Source: Roseivirga sp. (GTDB lineage: Bacteria; Bacteroidota; Bacteroidia; Cytophagales; Cyclobacteriaceae). From it: DNA of 37,214 bases. Of this stretch, positions 18,037 to 28,784 are shown one piece after another (the stretch's first letter is position 1; every line of letters begins with the position of its first letter). A program made the translations under genes and the position numbers. The notes beneath the pieces are model-generated. The model saw only the letters and a list, made by a program, of their open reading frames with translations, was not told the origin of the DNA and searched no databases. Location of the stretch: NCBI GenBank assembly GCA_047636255.1, contig JBLIKG010000001.1, forward strand, positions 1-37,214. The letters are read 5' to 3'.

Positions 18037-19641
18037 ATGGCAGGAGGTAAGGAAACCCCACGGCAAAAGATGATCGGTATGATGTACTTGGTACTCATAG
18101 CTCTTTTGGCCCTACAAATTAAAGATACAGTTCTTGAGAAATTCGTTTTGATGGAAGCTGGACTACAAAGTTCCAACGCGGTTTATGAAGCCAGTAGTAG
18201 ACAAATCTTTCAGAGTATTAGTAAAGCTGCTCAAGACCAGGGTGGAAAAGAAAGTGATATAAAAGTCGTTAATGCGGCCAAAGAAGTCCGTAAAAACACC
18301 ACTGACCTAATCGACTACCTTGCCAATATCAAGCGAGAAGTTAGTTTAATCACAGCGCGCGGAGATTCAACGATGATCTACGAGAGAAGTACATTAAAGA
18401 AGTATGAAGAAGCATCTACCTATTTGGTAGAAAAGAAAAACGCTGATGAAATGAAGAAGCGTTTAGATGATTATATTATTCAAATGAATACCACCTTATC
18501 TGCGGTAGGCATCAATAAAAATTGGACATCAGTAGCTATGGATGCGAAAGACATCGAATTCTACAAGGATAATGTTGAAGAAAGAGGAAAGAGTTTTGCT
18601 GACTTGAATTTCTACAAAACACCTTTGGCAGCTGTTTTAGCTCAATTAACATTCTTCGAAAATCAAATTTACGCTCGCGAATCAGAGGCACTCGGTTTAT
18701 TAGGTGGAAGGGTTGGTGCTACCGCAGTTAAAGGTTTTGACCAAATTACTGGAACAGTATTACCAACGTCAAACATTGTGACTGCTGGAACTGACTTTGA
18801 AGCAGAAATTTTCTTAACCGCTTCGAACTCTGCTTTAGAGCCTTCAATGTCTTTTAAAGGTCAGCCCATTCAAGTAGAAAATGGTAGAGGTAAAATCAAG
18901 TTTAAAGCATCGGCAACATCTTATAAAGATAATCTCTCAGAGCAGACTTTTACGGCCGAAATCAAGTATAGCGATGGTGGAGAACTGAAAACAGTGCCAA
19001 TAAGCCATACTTATATGGTGGCGCAGCCAGTAATAGAAGTAAAAGCTGAAGCGATTCAGAATTTATACCAGAACTGCGCAAACGTTCTTCAAATCAACGT
19101 GCCTTCTTTAGGCCCGGCATACAATCCATCCTTTACTTTAACAGGAGCTAAGCAAACTGCGGGTTCTAAAAAAGGGGAAGTAGTTGTTATTCCAGGTACG
19201 GGTACTAGAAATGTAGGAATTGGCGTTAGTAGTGGTGGAGCAAAAATTGGTGACGTAAGTTTCACTGTAAAATCTATTCCAAGACCAGCCTTCAAGATTT
19301 TGGTGGGTGGAAGTGAATATGATCCTGAAAAAGGTCTAGCTACAGTGCCTAATAGCATTACTTTGAAATTAGAACCAGATGCTGATTTTGCTAAGAATTT
19401 CCCTTCAGATGCGAACTTCTTCGTTTCAAAAGGTAAAATTCTTTTGATCAAAAATAACCGTCAAAGTGGATCTGTTGATATCACAAATGCGAGTACAGAC
19501 TTCTCACTTGCTGCTATTAAAAGTAGAATTGCATCAGGTGACCGTTTGGTTATCATTGTAGAAGAATACACCCGATTGAATTACAATAAGGAAGTAGAGG
19601 TTGTTAAATACAGCGATAAGAGTACTATAAATATTAATTAA
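18037..19641 (+). CDS. gldM: T9SS/gliding motor subunit GldM (PorM)
   Basis: MAGGKETPRQKMIGMMYLVLIALLAL signature N-terminus; LYQNCANVLQINVP in the C-terminal domains. Confidence 0.95.
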   Translation: MAGGKETPRQKMIGMMYLVLIALLALQIKDTVLEKFVLMEAGLQSSNAVYEASSRQIFQSISKAAQDQGGKESDIKVVNAAKEVRKNTTDLIDYLANIKREVSLITARGDSTMIYERSTLKKYEEASTYLVEKKNADEMKKRLDDYIIQMNTTLSAVGINKNWTSVAMDAKDIEFYKDNVEERGKSFADLNFYKTPLAAVLAQLTFFENQIYARESEALGLLGGRVGATAVKGFDQITGTVLPTSNIVTAGTDFEAEIFLTASNSALEPSMSFKGQPIQVENGRGKIKFKASATSYKDNLSEQTFTAEIKYSDGGELKTVPISHTYMVAQPVIEVKAEAIQNLYQNCANVLQINVPSLGPAYNPSFTLTGAKQTAGSKKGEVVVIPGTGTRNVGIGVSSGGAKIGDVSFTVKSIPRPAFKILVGGSEYDPEKGLATVPNSITLKLEPDADFAKNFPSDANFFVSKGKILLIKNNRQSGSVDITNASTDFSLAAIKSRIASGDRLVIIVEEYTRLNYNKEVEVVKYSDKSTININ

Positions 19642-19642
19642 A

Positions 19643-20605
19643 ATGAAAACTCTCTCAGTAATTGGTTTACTCTTCTTATTAAGCTTCAATAGTTTTGGAC
19701 AAGCCAATGCTAATGGAACTGCACCTATTGATAGTGTAGAAAACTCAAGAAGATATAACATCAATTCAATAAGGCCTATCCGCAGTGAGGACGTAATGTT
19801 CAGTATTCGCGTATGGTCTAAAATGGACCTGAGAGAGAAAATCAACGAAGGTTGGAATTCTAAGAATTCAAAAATCGTTGAGATCATTTTCGAAGGAATT
19901 GATTTGTGGTACAACTCTGCTGAGGGTGAAGGAATTGCGCCTTATAATCCTTTGACACAGGGCTTTGACGATAAAGATTTACTTTCTGATAAAAACACAT
20001 ACCTAGACAGAATTATCATCGATGGAACTAAAGGAGAAGATCCTACTTTAGATGAAATTGACCGATGGAAAATTGAGGCTACAACTCGAGGTGAAGATCC
20101 TGATGCTTATGTTCAGACAAAGACTAGAGAGAAATTAGCTCCTGACACAATTCCTAAGAATAGAATTTCTATTCTTGAAATTGAAGAAGACTTACTTTTC
20201 GATCGAAATCGTTCTGTGCCTATTTGGGATATTCAAACTGTAAAAATTGTTGCTCAATCTGACATTGCTGGTGGTGCTGAAAAAGAGATGGTTAGAATCA
20301 AGTACAAAGATTTGACTAACTACTTAGATAAAGTCTATCGCGAGAGTTTTGCTAATAAAGAGCAAAATGTACGCGCTTTTTGGTTTAACCCTAGGAATCC
20401 TAGAAATTTCGATATCAGCTTAAACAATGCATTTGATTTAAGATTGTTCAGTTCTAACATCACTAAGTTCTCGAACCCGAGTGATGCAGCAATGGAGAAT
20501 TTTTTCCAAAATCAAATTGAATCAGGCAAACGTAGTTTAATGGAGATTTCTAGAGACTTTAGATATCAATTGTTAGAATCGATACATAACCTTTGGGAGT
20601 ATTAA
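19643..20605 (+). CDS. gldN: T9SS/gliding protein GldN (PorN)
   Basis: Signal peptide, IRSEDVMFSIRVWSKMDLREKIN, EDLLFDRNRS, FDLRLFSSNITK, C-terminal HNLWEY. Confidence 0.92.
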   Translation: MKTLSVIGLLFLLSFNSFGQANANGTAPIDSVENSRRYNINSIRPIRSEDVMFSIRVWSKMDLREKINEGWNSKNSKIVEIIFEGIDLWYNSAEGEGIAPYNPLTQGFDDKDLLSDKNTYLDRIIIDGTKGEDPTLDEIDRWKIEATTRGEDPDAYVQTKTREKLAPDTIPKNRISILEIEEDLLFDRNRSVPIWDIQTVKIVAQSDIAGGAEKEMVRIKYKDLTNYLDKVYRESFANKEQNVRAFWFNPRNPRNFDISLNNAFDLRLFSSNITKFSNPSDAAMENFFQNQIESGKRSLMEISRDFRYQLLESIHNLWEY

Positions 20606-20623
20606 TAAAATTGAAGTTGAATA

Positions 20624-20653
20624 AAAAAAGGGACGCTTATGCGTCCCTTTTTT
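20624..20653. terminator. Bidirectional Rho-independent terminator between gldN and uvrC
   Basis: Perfect inverted repeat AAAAAAGGGACGC-TTAT-GCGTCCCTTTTTT, giving a U-tract on both strands. Confidence 0.9.
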
Positions 20654-22442
20654 GTTGGAAGAAACTCTGAATCAAATTAGCTCGATTCTCACCTACGAGC
20701 GCTACAAGTTCTTCTCTAGAAGCTTGTTCTATCTTGCTCATCGTTCGGAATTCCTTCATGAGCTTATCCACCGTAAAGCGCCCCAAGCCCTTTACATTCT
20801 CTAATTCAAAATTGAAGCTATTCTTAGACCTTAAATCGCGATGGAAATTAATGGCGAACCTGTGTGCCTCATCACGCAGTTTCTGAATTAACCTGAGTGC
20901 CTCTGATTTCTTATCAATATGCAACGCAAACTCATCACCAGGAAAATAAATCTCCTCTAGCCGCTTGGCTATTCCTATAATGGGCACTTCTCCGTAGATA
21001 CCCAATTGCCTCAAGGCATCGCAAGCTGCGTTCAGCTGACCCTTACCTCCATCAATTACTATAAGCTTGGGCAACGAAAGCTCTTCATCTAAGAGTCGCT
21101 TATAACGCCTCCCGACCACTTCTGTCATCGAAGCAAAATCATCGGGACCCACAACTGTCTTGATCTTGTAATGTCGGTAGTCCTTCTTAGATGGCCTGCC
21201 CATTCTAAAACATACCATCGATGCTACTGGATTAGTACCTTGAATATTGGAGTTATCGAAGCATTCGATATGCACCGGTAATTCCTTTAATTGAAGATCT
21301 TGTTGAAGCTGTTTCAGAACCCTAGTTCCTTTGTCCTTCACATTATCAAGCGCCTCATACTTTTCCTTTTTAGCAAAGAGTGCATTCTTAAGTGATAGCT
21401 CAATCAACTTCTTCTTATCCCCAATTTGTGGTACTTGGATTTGGATGGTATCTGACTCAATTTCTAGCTGCTTATTAGTCAAAACTTCCCTTGTGATACT
21501 TTGATAACGATCTCTCATGTCTACCATCATCAAAGCGAGAATATCTTCATCCGATTCTTCAAGCTTCTTTTTGATCTCAGACGTTTTAGAAAGATTGATC
21601 ATTCCATTTTTGATCCTTAGGTAGTTTACAAATGCACATTTTTCATCTGACACAATTGTAAAAACATCTACATCGGCAATCTTCGGGCTTACTACCACAG
21701 ATTTAGACTGAAAATTCTCAACCATCTCCAGCTTGTCCTTAAAGTCTTGTGCCCTTTCAAATTGCAGCGCAGCAGCCGCTTCGAACATTCTTTCTTTAAA
21801 ATAACTCTTAGGTAAGCTCAGGTTGCCTTTTAAAATATTTAAAGCCTGATCAACATCTTTGAGATAATCCTCTTCAGTTTGCCGTCCCTCACAAGGCCCT
21901 TTACAATTTCCTATATGGTATTCCAAACAAACCTTGAATCTGCCCTTTGCTATATTATCTTCAGACAAATCGAATCGACAAGTGCGCAGCGTGAACAAAG
22001 TATTAATCAATTTCAAAAGGCTGTTCATCGCCTTTACGTTGGCATAAGGCCCAAAATACTTCCCGTTGGAAGGGATTAGTTTTCGGGTACTGTAAATTCT
22101 CGGGAAACGCTCATTAGAGACGCAGAGGTAAGGAAAAGTCTTATCATCCTTGAGGAGGATGTTGTATCGAGGCTGGTTCTGCTTGATGAGGTTATTCTCC
22201 AACAAAAGCGCATCAAATTCAGAATTGACTAGCGTGATTTCAATGCTTTGAATCTCTGACACCATCCTCAATGTCTTTCTATTTACACCAACCGCCTTGC
22301 TGAAATAACTAGAAACTCGCTTTTTCAAAGATTTAGCCTTACCAACGTAAATAAGAATATCATCTACATTGTAATAACGGTAGACCCCTGGGCTATCAGG
22401 TAATTTCGATATGTCTTTAGGAGTAAAGCGATTGGCTTCCAT
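20637..22442 (-). CDS. uvrC: Excinuclease ABC subunit C
   Basis: GIY-YIG (PGVYRY...IYVGKAKSL), UVR domain, HIECFDNSN, DGGKGQL, RDEAHRFA, C-terminal HhH. Confidence 0.97.
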   Translation of the reverse strand: MEANRFTPKDISKLPDSPGVYRYYNVDDILIYVGKAKSLKKRVSSYFSKAVGVNRKTLRMVSEIQSIEITLVNSEFDALLLENNLIKQNQPRYNILLKDDKTFPYLCVSNERFPRIYSTRKLIPSNGKYFGPYANVKAMNSLLKLINTLFTLRTCRFDLSEDNIAKGRFKVCLEYHIGNCKGPCEGRQTEEDYLKDVDQALNILKGNLSLPKSYFKERMFEAAAALQFERAQDFKDKLEMVENFQSKSVVVSPKIADVDVFTIVSDEKCAFVNYLRIKNGMINLSKTSEIKKKLEESDEDILALMMVDMRDRYQSITREVLTNKQLEIESDTIQIQVPQIGDKKKLIELSLKNALFAKKEKYEALDNVKDKGTRVLKQLQQDLQLKELPVHIECFDNSNIQGTNPVASMVCFRMGRPSKKDYRHYKIKTVVGPDDFASMTEVVGRRYKRLLDEELSLPKLIVIDGGKGQLNAACDALRQLGIYGEVPIIGIAKRLEEIYFPGDEFALHIDKKSEALRLIQKLRDEAHRFAINFHRDLRSKNSFNFELENVKGLGRFTVDKLMKEFRTMSKIEQASREELVALVGENRANLIQSFFQQKRDA

Positions 22443-24772
22443 TAATAAATCTCAGGATCATAAATGGTGGAATCGCTACGTACGTTATCTTGAGTGTCTA
22501 GAATATCCGCAAATCTTTGGCAATCAATTTCCAAGCTCAAATTAGCCGGCTTCGGAAACTTCGCTTTTCTAATATTCAAAGTAGTGTCCTTATATACTTT
22601 TTGGAAAAAACGACCGACAATCGGCAATGCGGTTCTCGCTCCTTGTCCATCAGGCCAATATCTAAAATGAACAGCACGATCATCACCACCTACCCAAGCA
22701 CCAGCCACCAAATCTGTAGTTACACCAACAAACCAACCATCAGATGCATTTTGAGTAGTACCTGTTTTCGCACCAACTTCGTTTTCCGTCTGATTAAAAT
22801 TAGTGAGGCCATACTCTGACCAAAGTCTTGTTCCTGAACCTCTTCTAGTTGTTTCTTGAAGCATATTGAGCATAACATAGGCGACATCTTCACTAATTGC
22901 CTGCTTCTTCTGAGGTACTTTGCTCCAAATGACATTGCCAAAACGATCTTCAATTCTTGTTACGTAATGTGCCTCAATGTGAGTGCCTTTATTCGCAAAA
23001 GTGCCAAAGGCAGAAACAATTTCATGCAACGAAACATCTACGGTACCCAAGGCGATGGCATAATATGGGTCAATATGTGATTCAATTCCTAGACGGTTAG
23101 CCATATCCGCTACTTTTTGGGGCTTTACGATGTCCATAACTCTAGCAGAAATTGAGTTTACTGATTTAGCCATGGCGAGCTTCATTGTCATTCTTTCTCC
23201 ACTAAAACGGTCCTCAGCATTTTGTGGCGCCCAAGGCTTTGATTGCCCTGGTATTTTAATGGTTATAGGTTGATCGATGAATTCGAAACATGGAGAATAA
23301 CCCTGTTCTATAGCAGTTGTGTATAAAAATGGTTTAAATAGCGAACCGGCTTGCCTTTTTCCTTGTCGCACGTGATCGAACTTAAAATACTCGTAATCAA
23401 TACCACCAACCCAAGCCTTGATTTCACCTGTGTGAGGATTTGCAGCCATAAAACCTGCCTGTAAAAAGTGCTTGTAGTATTTCAACGAATCCATCGGGCT
23501 CAAAAGCGTATCGATTCCTCCCTTCCAAGTAAATATTTTCATAGGAACAGGCTTGTTCAAGTAGTAATTGATGGAATCCTTGTTTTTACCATGTTGTCTT
23601 ACCAAACTTCTGTATCGCTCAGTTCTTGGTAAAACACTCTCTTCAATAAAGCCTTTAATTACCTTGCCATTCTCATCAATCCAAGGTTCTCTTTTATTAC
23701 CATTCGCATCTATTAAAGACCTAAAAAAATTGGCTTGCACTTGACGCATAGTACTGTCCATTGCTTGCTCAGCATAAAGCTGCATTCTACTGTCAAGGGT
23801 AGTATAAACCCTCAACCCATCAGCAAATAAATCATAGCCCAAATCTTTCGTGATTGAGTTCAGATCCTTTTTCATTTCCTCACGGAAATACTGTGCTAAC
23901 CCAAAATTTTGATCTTGAATATTATAATCGAGCTCAATTTCTTTAGGCGCTAACGTATCGTAAACAGCTTTATCTAAATAACCATACTTGATCATTTGAT
24001 TCATTACGACATTTCGTCTTTGACGGGAGCTCTCAGGATTTCTTACCGGATTATAGCGTGTAACCGCCTTTTGCAAACCAACCAAAACGGCTGCTTCGTC
24101 TACCCTCAGTTGATTGGGTTTCTTATCAAAAAATGTCCTTGACGCAGATTCAATTCCAAAAGTGTTACTTCCAAAACTAACTTGGTTGAAATACATGGCC
24201 ATGATTTCGTCCTTGGTGTAGGACTTCTCTAATCGAACCGCCAAAATCCACTCCTTCGTTTTATAAATCAACTGATCCAACATTCCATTGATCCCTTCTA
24301 GTTTGCCCTTCTCGTCATCTTCAATTATCCTAGTATCAAATAAATTTTTAGCCAACTGCTGCGTAACGGTACTTCCTCCGCCTTGTGGGTTAAAAGTGAG
24401 TACGCCATAAGCCGCACGCAGCATACTCCTTAAGTCAATGCCTGAATGACTCTTGAATCTAATGTCCTCGGTAGCTTTTAATGCGTTCGTTAGGTTCTCT
24501 CCGAGCTCATCATAACTCACCGTGGTACGGTTATCACGATAATAACTACCTAGAATTTCACCATCCGCACTGTACAATATGGAGCTAAGATTTTGTTCAG
24601 GATTCTCTAATTGGCTATAGCTCGGCAGCTCGCCAAACCAGTTGTTTACATTGGAGCTTACAGACCAGATATAAACAGGAAAGCCAACAAACCCCAAAAC
24701 AAAAAACACCCACAAAACGATTGTCAGTTTTTTGAAAATCATTTTCTTATTACTCTTTTCCTCCGTGGCCAT
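22442..24772 (-). CDS. Class A penicillin-binding protein (PBP1A-like transglycosylase/transpeptidase)
   Basis: N-terminal TM; GT51 motifs EDIRF..HSGID and GGSTVTQQLAKNLF; transpeptidase motifs SLFK, SVN, KTG. Stop overlaps the uvrC ATG (TAATG). Confidence 0.93.
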   Translation of the reverse strand: MATEEKSNKKMIFKKLTIVLWVFFVLGFVGFPVYIWSVSSNVNNWFGELPSYSQLENPEQNLSSILYSADGEILGSYYRDNRTTVSYDELGENLTNALKATEDIRFKSHSGIDLRSMLRAAYGVLTFNPQGGGSTVTQQLAKNLFDTRIIEDDEKGKLEGINGMLDQLIYKTKEWILAVRLEKSYTKDEIMAMYFNQVSFGSNTFGIESASRTFFDKKPNQLRVDEAAVLVGLQKAVTRYNPVRNPESSRQRRNVVMNQMIKYGYLDKAVYDTLAPKEIELDYNIQDQNFGLAQYFREEMKKDLNSITKDLGYDLFADGLRVYTTLDSRMQLYAEQAMDSTMRQVQANFFRSLIDANGNKREPWIDENGKVIKGFIEESVLPRTERYRSLVRQHGKNKDSINYYLNKPVPMKIFTWKGGIDTLLSPMDSLKYYKHFLQAGFMAANPHTGEIKAWVGGIDYEYFKFDHVRQGKRQAGSLFKPFLYTTAIEQGYSPCFEFIDQPITIKIPGQSKPWAPQNAEDRFSGERMTMKLAMAKSVNSISARVMDIVKPQKVADMANRLGIESHIDPYYAIALGTVDVSLHEIVSAFGTFANKGTHIEAHYVTRIEDRFGNVIWSKVPQKKQAISEDVAYVMLNMLQETTRRGSGTRLWSEYGLTNFNQTENEVGAKTGTTQNASDGWFVGVTTDLVAGAWVGGDDRAVHFRYWPDGQGARTALPIVGRFFQKVYKDTTLNIRKAKFPKPANLSLEIDCQRFADILDTQDNVRSDSTIYDPEIY

Positions 24773-24774
24773 AA

Positions 24775-27339
24775 CTACTGATAAAATTTTTTATGAAACT
24801 TGAGGTAAGTATCCAGCTCTTTAGATTGGTAAAGCATCTGGAAATTATCTCGAGATATTGCAAAATTATTAAAATTTGAGTCGACTTCAATTTTAAAGCC
24901 TTTCATTGCTTTGGACAGCGCCCTATTATAAGCTTCAGCAGTCTTTTTATCTGCAAATGAATTGATGAACATAATGCCAAGATTCTTGCTCTCATCCAAC
25001 ACCAGCTGACCAATGCTTAGTTTTAAGTGACTAAATGTTTCGTTATTATATGCTTCAATTAAAGCTTTTAATTGCGCTCCATCTGTTACGGTCTGCTCGA
25101 ATACTACTGACACCAAATGTAGCAGCTTAAAGTCCTCGCTGTATTCAAAATCTTCGCTACGCACTATGCTTTCTTTTACAGGCTTTAATGCTGCCAATAG
25201 ATCTTTTGCGTATAAATTCAATTTCCCATCGGGATACTTGCTAATAAAGTCGTTTAAGCCTTGTTCATATGAAAATAAGCTCTCCGTTTTTGCTTTTAGA
25301 ATAACGGCCAATAGCTGCACTGTTGGTAGAAAGTCTACGTCTTCAAAGGATTTGAGAGCATCCCGCAATATTTGATCTGCTCTTACATATTCGCCATTCT
25401 CGTAAGCACGATAAGCCGTAGCGTAAACTTGTTGTAAAGCTTTATTTCTGGCTTCCTTCTCAGCGGAATAATTAGGGTTGATTAGTGTCTTGGCAATTAA
25501 AGACTCTGGGAATTCATCGATAATCTGCTGCTTATAGATATTGGCCTGACTGGCATCCGTATCTTGATAAATTGTATAGAGCGCGAAAAGGGTTTCAAGT
25601 TTAAACTCTGTTTTTGGATACTTCTCTATCAGCGTTTTATAAGTACTTGCAGCTTTTGGCACTCTTTCCAAGCCAAAACGATATACTCTGCCCAGTTTAA
25701 AGTAAGCGGCTTGATTTTCTAAATGAAGTTTTTCCCGTGCTTCAGCAGTAGTAGGTATAGTCGCCAAAAGTTCTTCCTTTTTTGCCTTTCTAGCATTACT
25801 AGATTTAGCGATGCTTTCTTGTATCGGTACATCCTCCACCACGACCGATTCTTCTGTATTCTCATCATTGAAAACTGTTTCTTTTGTCGATCTTCTCCAA
25901 TTATCCTCTAATGGTCGATTGCCCCATCTCCGTTGAAATTCAAGCGCACCTAATTCAACAGCTGCATCATTATAAAAATACCAATCACCAGAATTATTAC
26001 CTGCTGAAAAACCAGCCCCTCCAGAGGCATTAGCAGCGCCTGTAGTTGCCGCATTTCTTCGCTCTTCTTTCTGCTTTTCTCTTTCGTCTTCTTCTAAATC
26101 ATCGAGATGAGCATCCAAAAATGCATCTAATGAAACTGGATTAAGCTCTGCTAAAGACAAAAGGCTATCGTTTTTACTGATCGTCTTGAGCTGAGTCACA
26201 AATTCATTTAAAACCTCTTTCCGTTTTGAATGCACCAAATAATTATCAACATCAGTTGGCATAATAGCTACGGCACTGTCATAGTATTTGCTAGCCAATT
26301 CGAATTTTTCGTATACCTCGAAATACAATTGGCCAGCCCTTAAATATGAAAGTGATTTTTGGCGAGGCGATGGCTCTTCAACTGCCACAGCCTTGAAGTA
26401 ATTATCAAGCGCTAAATCATAATTAGTAAGGCGCTTTTCGAACTCACCCATCTCGTAGTATATCTTTCCTCTGAACTCTTTATTCTTCCCATCCTTCAAA
26501 AGGTCAGCATAAAATTTTCTTATTTTCTCAATCTCGGTAGGCGAACGCACGGAACTCACATTTTTCATATTGAGCCTAGCGTAAAAAGTAAGGTCATAGG
26601 GTGGTGTACCCTTCAATGATGCTTCATAATATTTGTAGGCTTCAGCATTATTTCCATTGGCTTGCTCAATTTGTCCTAAAATGAAATTGATTCTCGATTT
26701 TGTATCTCGCTCTGGTACAATTTCGCTTACCTCTTTTAGGTGCTTAGCCATTGCCTCAAAGTCACCTTCTCTTTGGTTAAAATAAGCCAACTGAACTTTA
26801 TAGTTCGCCATATTTTCTTCTGTCAATTGCTGAGTCTCTAAAAAATTGGCTACATCTATGGCTTTTTCCTTGTCGCCTAAGTCCATGTAAGTCTGCATCA
26901 AAACAATCAAAGCCGCATGTCGTGTCGGGTCATCGGTACTAGTTTGATTGATATACTGAAGGGTCTCTATAGCAAACTGAAATTCAGCTCTGAGATGCCT
27001 AATTTTTCCAATAATCAAGTAATTATCATCTGTCCAGTCGCTAGAGCCATACCATTCTATTACTTGAGAGGACTTTTTGAAAGCGTCTTCTAATTTTTGT
27101 TTATTGCTATTAATAATCCCAGAATCGATATCAGGATAAATCTTAAGGATTTGATCGTATTTATATTGGTATGAATTGGCAATTTCAGCGAAGACCTCTG
27201 TAAGGTATAAATCGGCATAGAAATACCCGTTATACCGTGCATTCATATTCTGGTAACCTTTTGAGTTACAAGCGAACAACAAAATAGTAATGCTTAAAAA
27301 GTAGAAGCTTCTGATAATATGTGGTAAACTGCGTTTCAA
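24775..27339 (-). CDS. sprE: TPR lipoprotein SprE/PorW (T9SS)
   Basis: Lipobox LFAC, N-terminal NMNARYNGYF, multiple TPRs, WYFYN...EFQRRWGNRPLEDNWRRS motif characteristic of SprE/PorW; about 850 aa; TTG start. Confidence 0.82.
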   Translation of the reverse strand: MKRSLPHIIRSFYFLSITILLFACNSKGYQNMNARYNGYFYADLYLTEVFAEIANSYQYKYDQILKIYPDIDSGIINSNKQKLEDAFKKSSQVIEWYGSSDWTDDNYLIIGKIRHLRAEFQFAIETLQYINQTSTDDPTRHAALIVLMQTYMDLGDKEKAIDVANFLETQQLTEENMANYKVQLAYFNQREGDFEAMAKHLKEVSEIVPERDTKSRINFILGQIEQANGNNAEAYKYYEASLKGTPPYDLTFYARLNMKNVSSVRSPTEIEKIRKFYADLLKDGKNKEFRGKIYYEMGEFEKRLTNYDLALDNYFKAVAVEEPSPRQKSLSYLRAGQLYFEVYEKFELASKYYDSAVAIMPTDVDNYLVHSKRKEVLNEFVTQLKTISKNDSLLSLAELNPVSLDAFLDAHLDDLEEDEREKQKEERRNAATTGAANASGGAGFSAGNNSGDWYFYNDAAVELGALEFQRRWGNRPLEDNWRRSTKETVFNDENTEESVVVEDVPIQESIAKSSNARKAKKEELLATIPTTAEAREKLHLENQAAYFKLGRVYRFGLERVPKAASTYKTLIEKYPKTEFKLETLFALYTIYQDTDASQANIYKQQIIDEFPESLIAKTLINPNYSAEKEARNKALQQVYATAYRAYENGEYVRADQILRDALKSFEDVDFLPTVQLLAVILKAKTESLFSYEQGLNDFISKYPDGKLNLYAKDLLAALKPVKESIVRSEDFEYSEDFKLLHLVSVVFEQTVTDGAQLKALIEAYNNETFSHLKLSIGQLVLDESKNLGIMFINSFADKKTAEAYNRALSKAMKGFKIEVDSNFNNFAISRDNFQMLYQSKELDTYLKFHKKFYQ

Positions 27340-27418
27340 AATTTTCGTTGAGCCAATGAAGGAACGAAATTAAATCTTAATTAATACAAATAAAGAAAGC
27401 AGATTATCTATTAATCCA

Positions 27419-27426
27419 TAATTTTG
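27419..27426 (+). promoter_or_regulatory. Putative sigma-A -7 element for the M23-bactofilin-atpZ unit
   Basis: TAATTTTG matches TAnnTTTG in the divergent intergenic region; no clear -33 element. Confidence 0.45.
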
Positions 27427-27439
27427 GGGTCGCTAAAAA

Positions 27440-28303
27440 ATGGCCATGGCAAAGAATAAAAAAACCCTTTCGAACTGGTTGAATAACAGGCACATTCTGA
27501 TCATTCAGAATGAAGAAGATTTTTCGCATAAGGCTACCTATAACTTCACTTATGCCCGTATAGTGCTCTTCGCTTTTTTAGGGCTAGGGGTTATTTTTAT
27601 GTTAAGTTTCTATTTAGTAAATACTATCCTGGCGCAGTGGTTCGATCCAAGTTATGCTGAAAGAGAAACCAGAAAAGATCTAGTTTCCATGAGTCTATCA
27701 CTAGATTCGCTGGCTTCGGAATTAGAAAGTCGAGATTTATTCATTCAAAGTATTCGAACAGCCTTAGAGGGAGAGCCCTCTGATAGTGAACAACTCAATT
27801 CGGAACAAGCTGCAGCTGCGGTTCAATTGACTACCAGCCCTAATTCCAATCAGATTGATTCCCTTTTTAAATCACAATTCGAAACAGGAGGTGATTTTTT
27901 ATTAGGCCAAAATTTTAATAACCTTGAATTAAGGCAGACTTACCTGTTTTCACCGATCAGCGGCTACATTTCACAGGCCTTCGATCCAAAAAATGAGCAT
28001 TTCGGGATTGACGTAGTTTCCAAAAAAGATGAACCCGTAAAGTGTATAGCCGATGGCACTGTTATTTTTTCTTCCTGGACCCAGGACGCAGGCAATGTGA
28101 TTGCGGTTCAACATAAAGAAAACCTAATATCTGTTTATAAACATAATTCCGCTCTGACTAAAGAAGTGGGGAATTTTATTACTGCGGGCGAAATTTTGGC
28201 CATCATTGGTAATACTGGTGAGTTGACAAATGGCCCTCATTTACACTTTGAACTTTGGTACAATGGTAGTGCTGTGAATCCCGAAGATTTCATCGTATTT
28301 TAG
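27440..28303 (+). CDS. M23 family metallopeptidase (membrane-anchored, coiled coil)
   Basis: N-terminal TM, coiled coil, HFGID (HxxxD), YKHN, GNTG...GPHLHFE (HxH). Confidence 0.92.
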   Translation: MAMAKNKKTLSNWLNNRHILIIQNEEDFSHKATYNFTYARIVLFAFLGLGVIFMLSFYLVNTILAQWFDPSYAERETRKDLVSMSLSLDSLASELESRDLFIQSIRTALEGEPSDSEQLNSEQAAAAVQLTTSPNSNQIDSLFKSQFETGGDFLLGQNFNNLELRQTYLFSPISGYISQAFDPKNEHFGIDVVSKKDEPVKCIADGTVIFSSWTQDAGNVIAVQHKENLISVYKHNSALTKEVGNFITAGEILAIIGNTGELTNGPHLHFELWYNGSAVNPEDFIVF

Positions 28304-28331
28304 CGAGACTCAACTTATAATATTAGATCAT

Positions 28332-28757
28332 ATGTTTTCATCTAAGGACGAAAAGAAAACAATAGAGGAACAAAGTAACACCAGCAATACCATCGGTAAG
28401 GACACCACGCTTGAAGGCAGTATTGAATCCTCTGGCAACATTAGGGTAGAAGGCAAAATCTACGGCCATGCCAAGGCAAAAGCAAAATTTGTGATGGGTA
28501 GCGAAGCACTTGTTGATGGCAATGTAACGGCCAGAACAGCCGAAATCGCAGGAACAATCAAAGGTAATATCGAAATTTCAGAACTGTTGGTGCTTAAACC
28601 TACCGCAGTAATCAATGGCGATATTCTTACCAATAAATTGATTGTTGAACCTGGAGCAACATTCAATGGAGCGTGTAAAATGGGCCACCTTGCTAAGGAA
28701 ATCGAAATCGGAAAGCCAGCAAGCCATACGAGGGAAGTTGCCATTAAAAGGGCGTAA
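28332..28757 (+). CDS. Bactofilin (polymer-forming cytoskeletal protein)
   Basis: IGKDTTLEGSI...IRVEGKIYG...INGDILTNKLIVEPGATFNGACKM beta-helix pattern; follows an M23 gene. Confidence 0.92.
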   Translation: MFSSKDEKKTIEEQSNTSNTIGKDTTLEGSIESSGNIRVEGKIYGHAKAKAKFVMGSEALVDGNVTARTAEIAGTIKGNIEISELLVLKPTAVINGDILTNKLIVEPGATFNGACKMGHLAKEIEIGKPASHTREVAIKRA

Positions 28758-28784
28758 TACTTCGACCAAGTACTGAGCTAAAAC

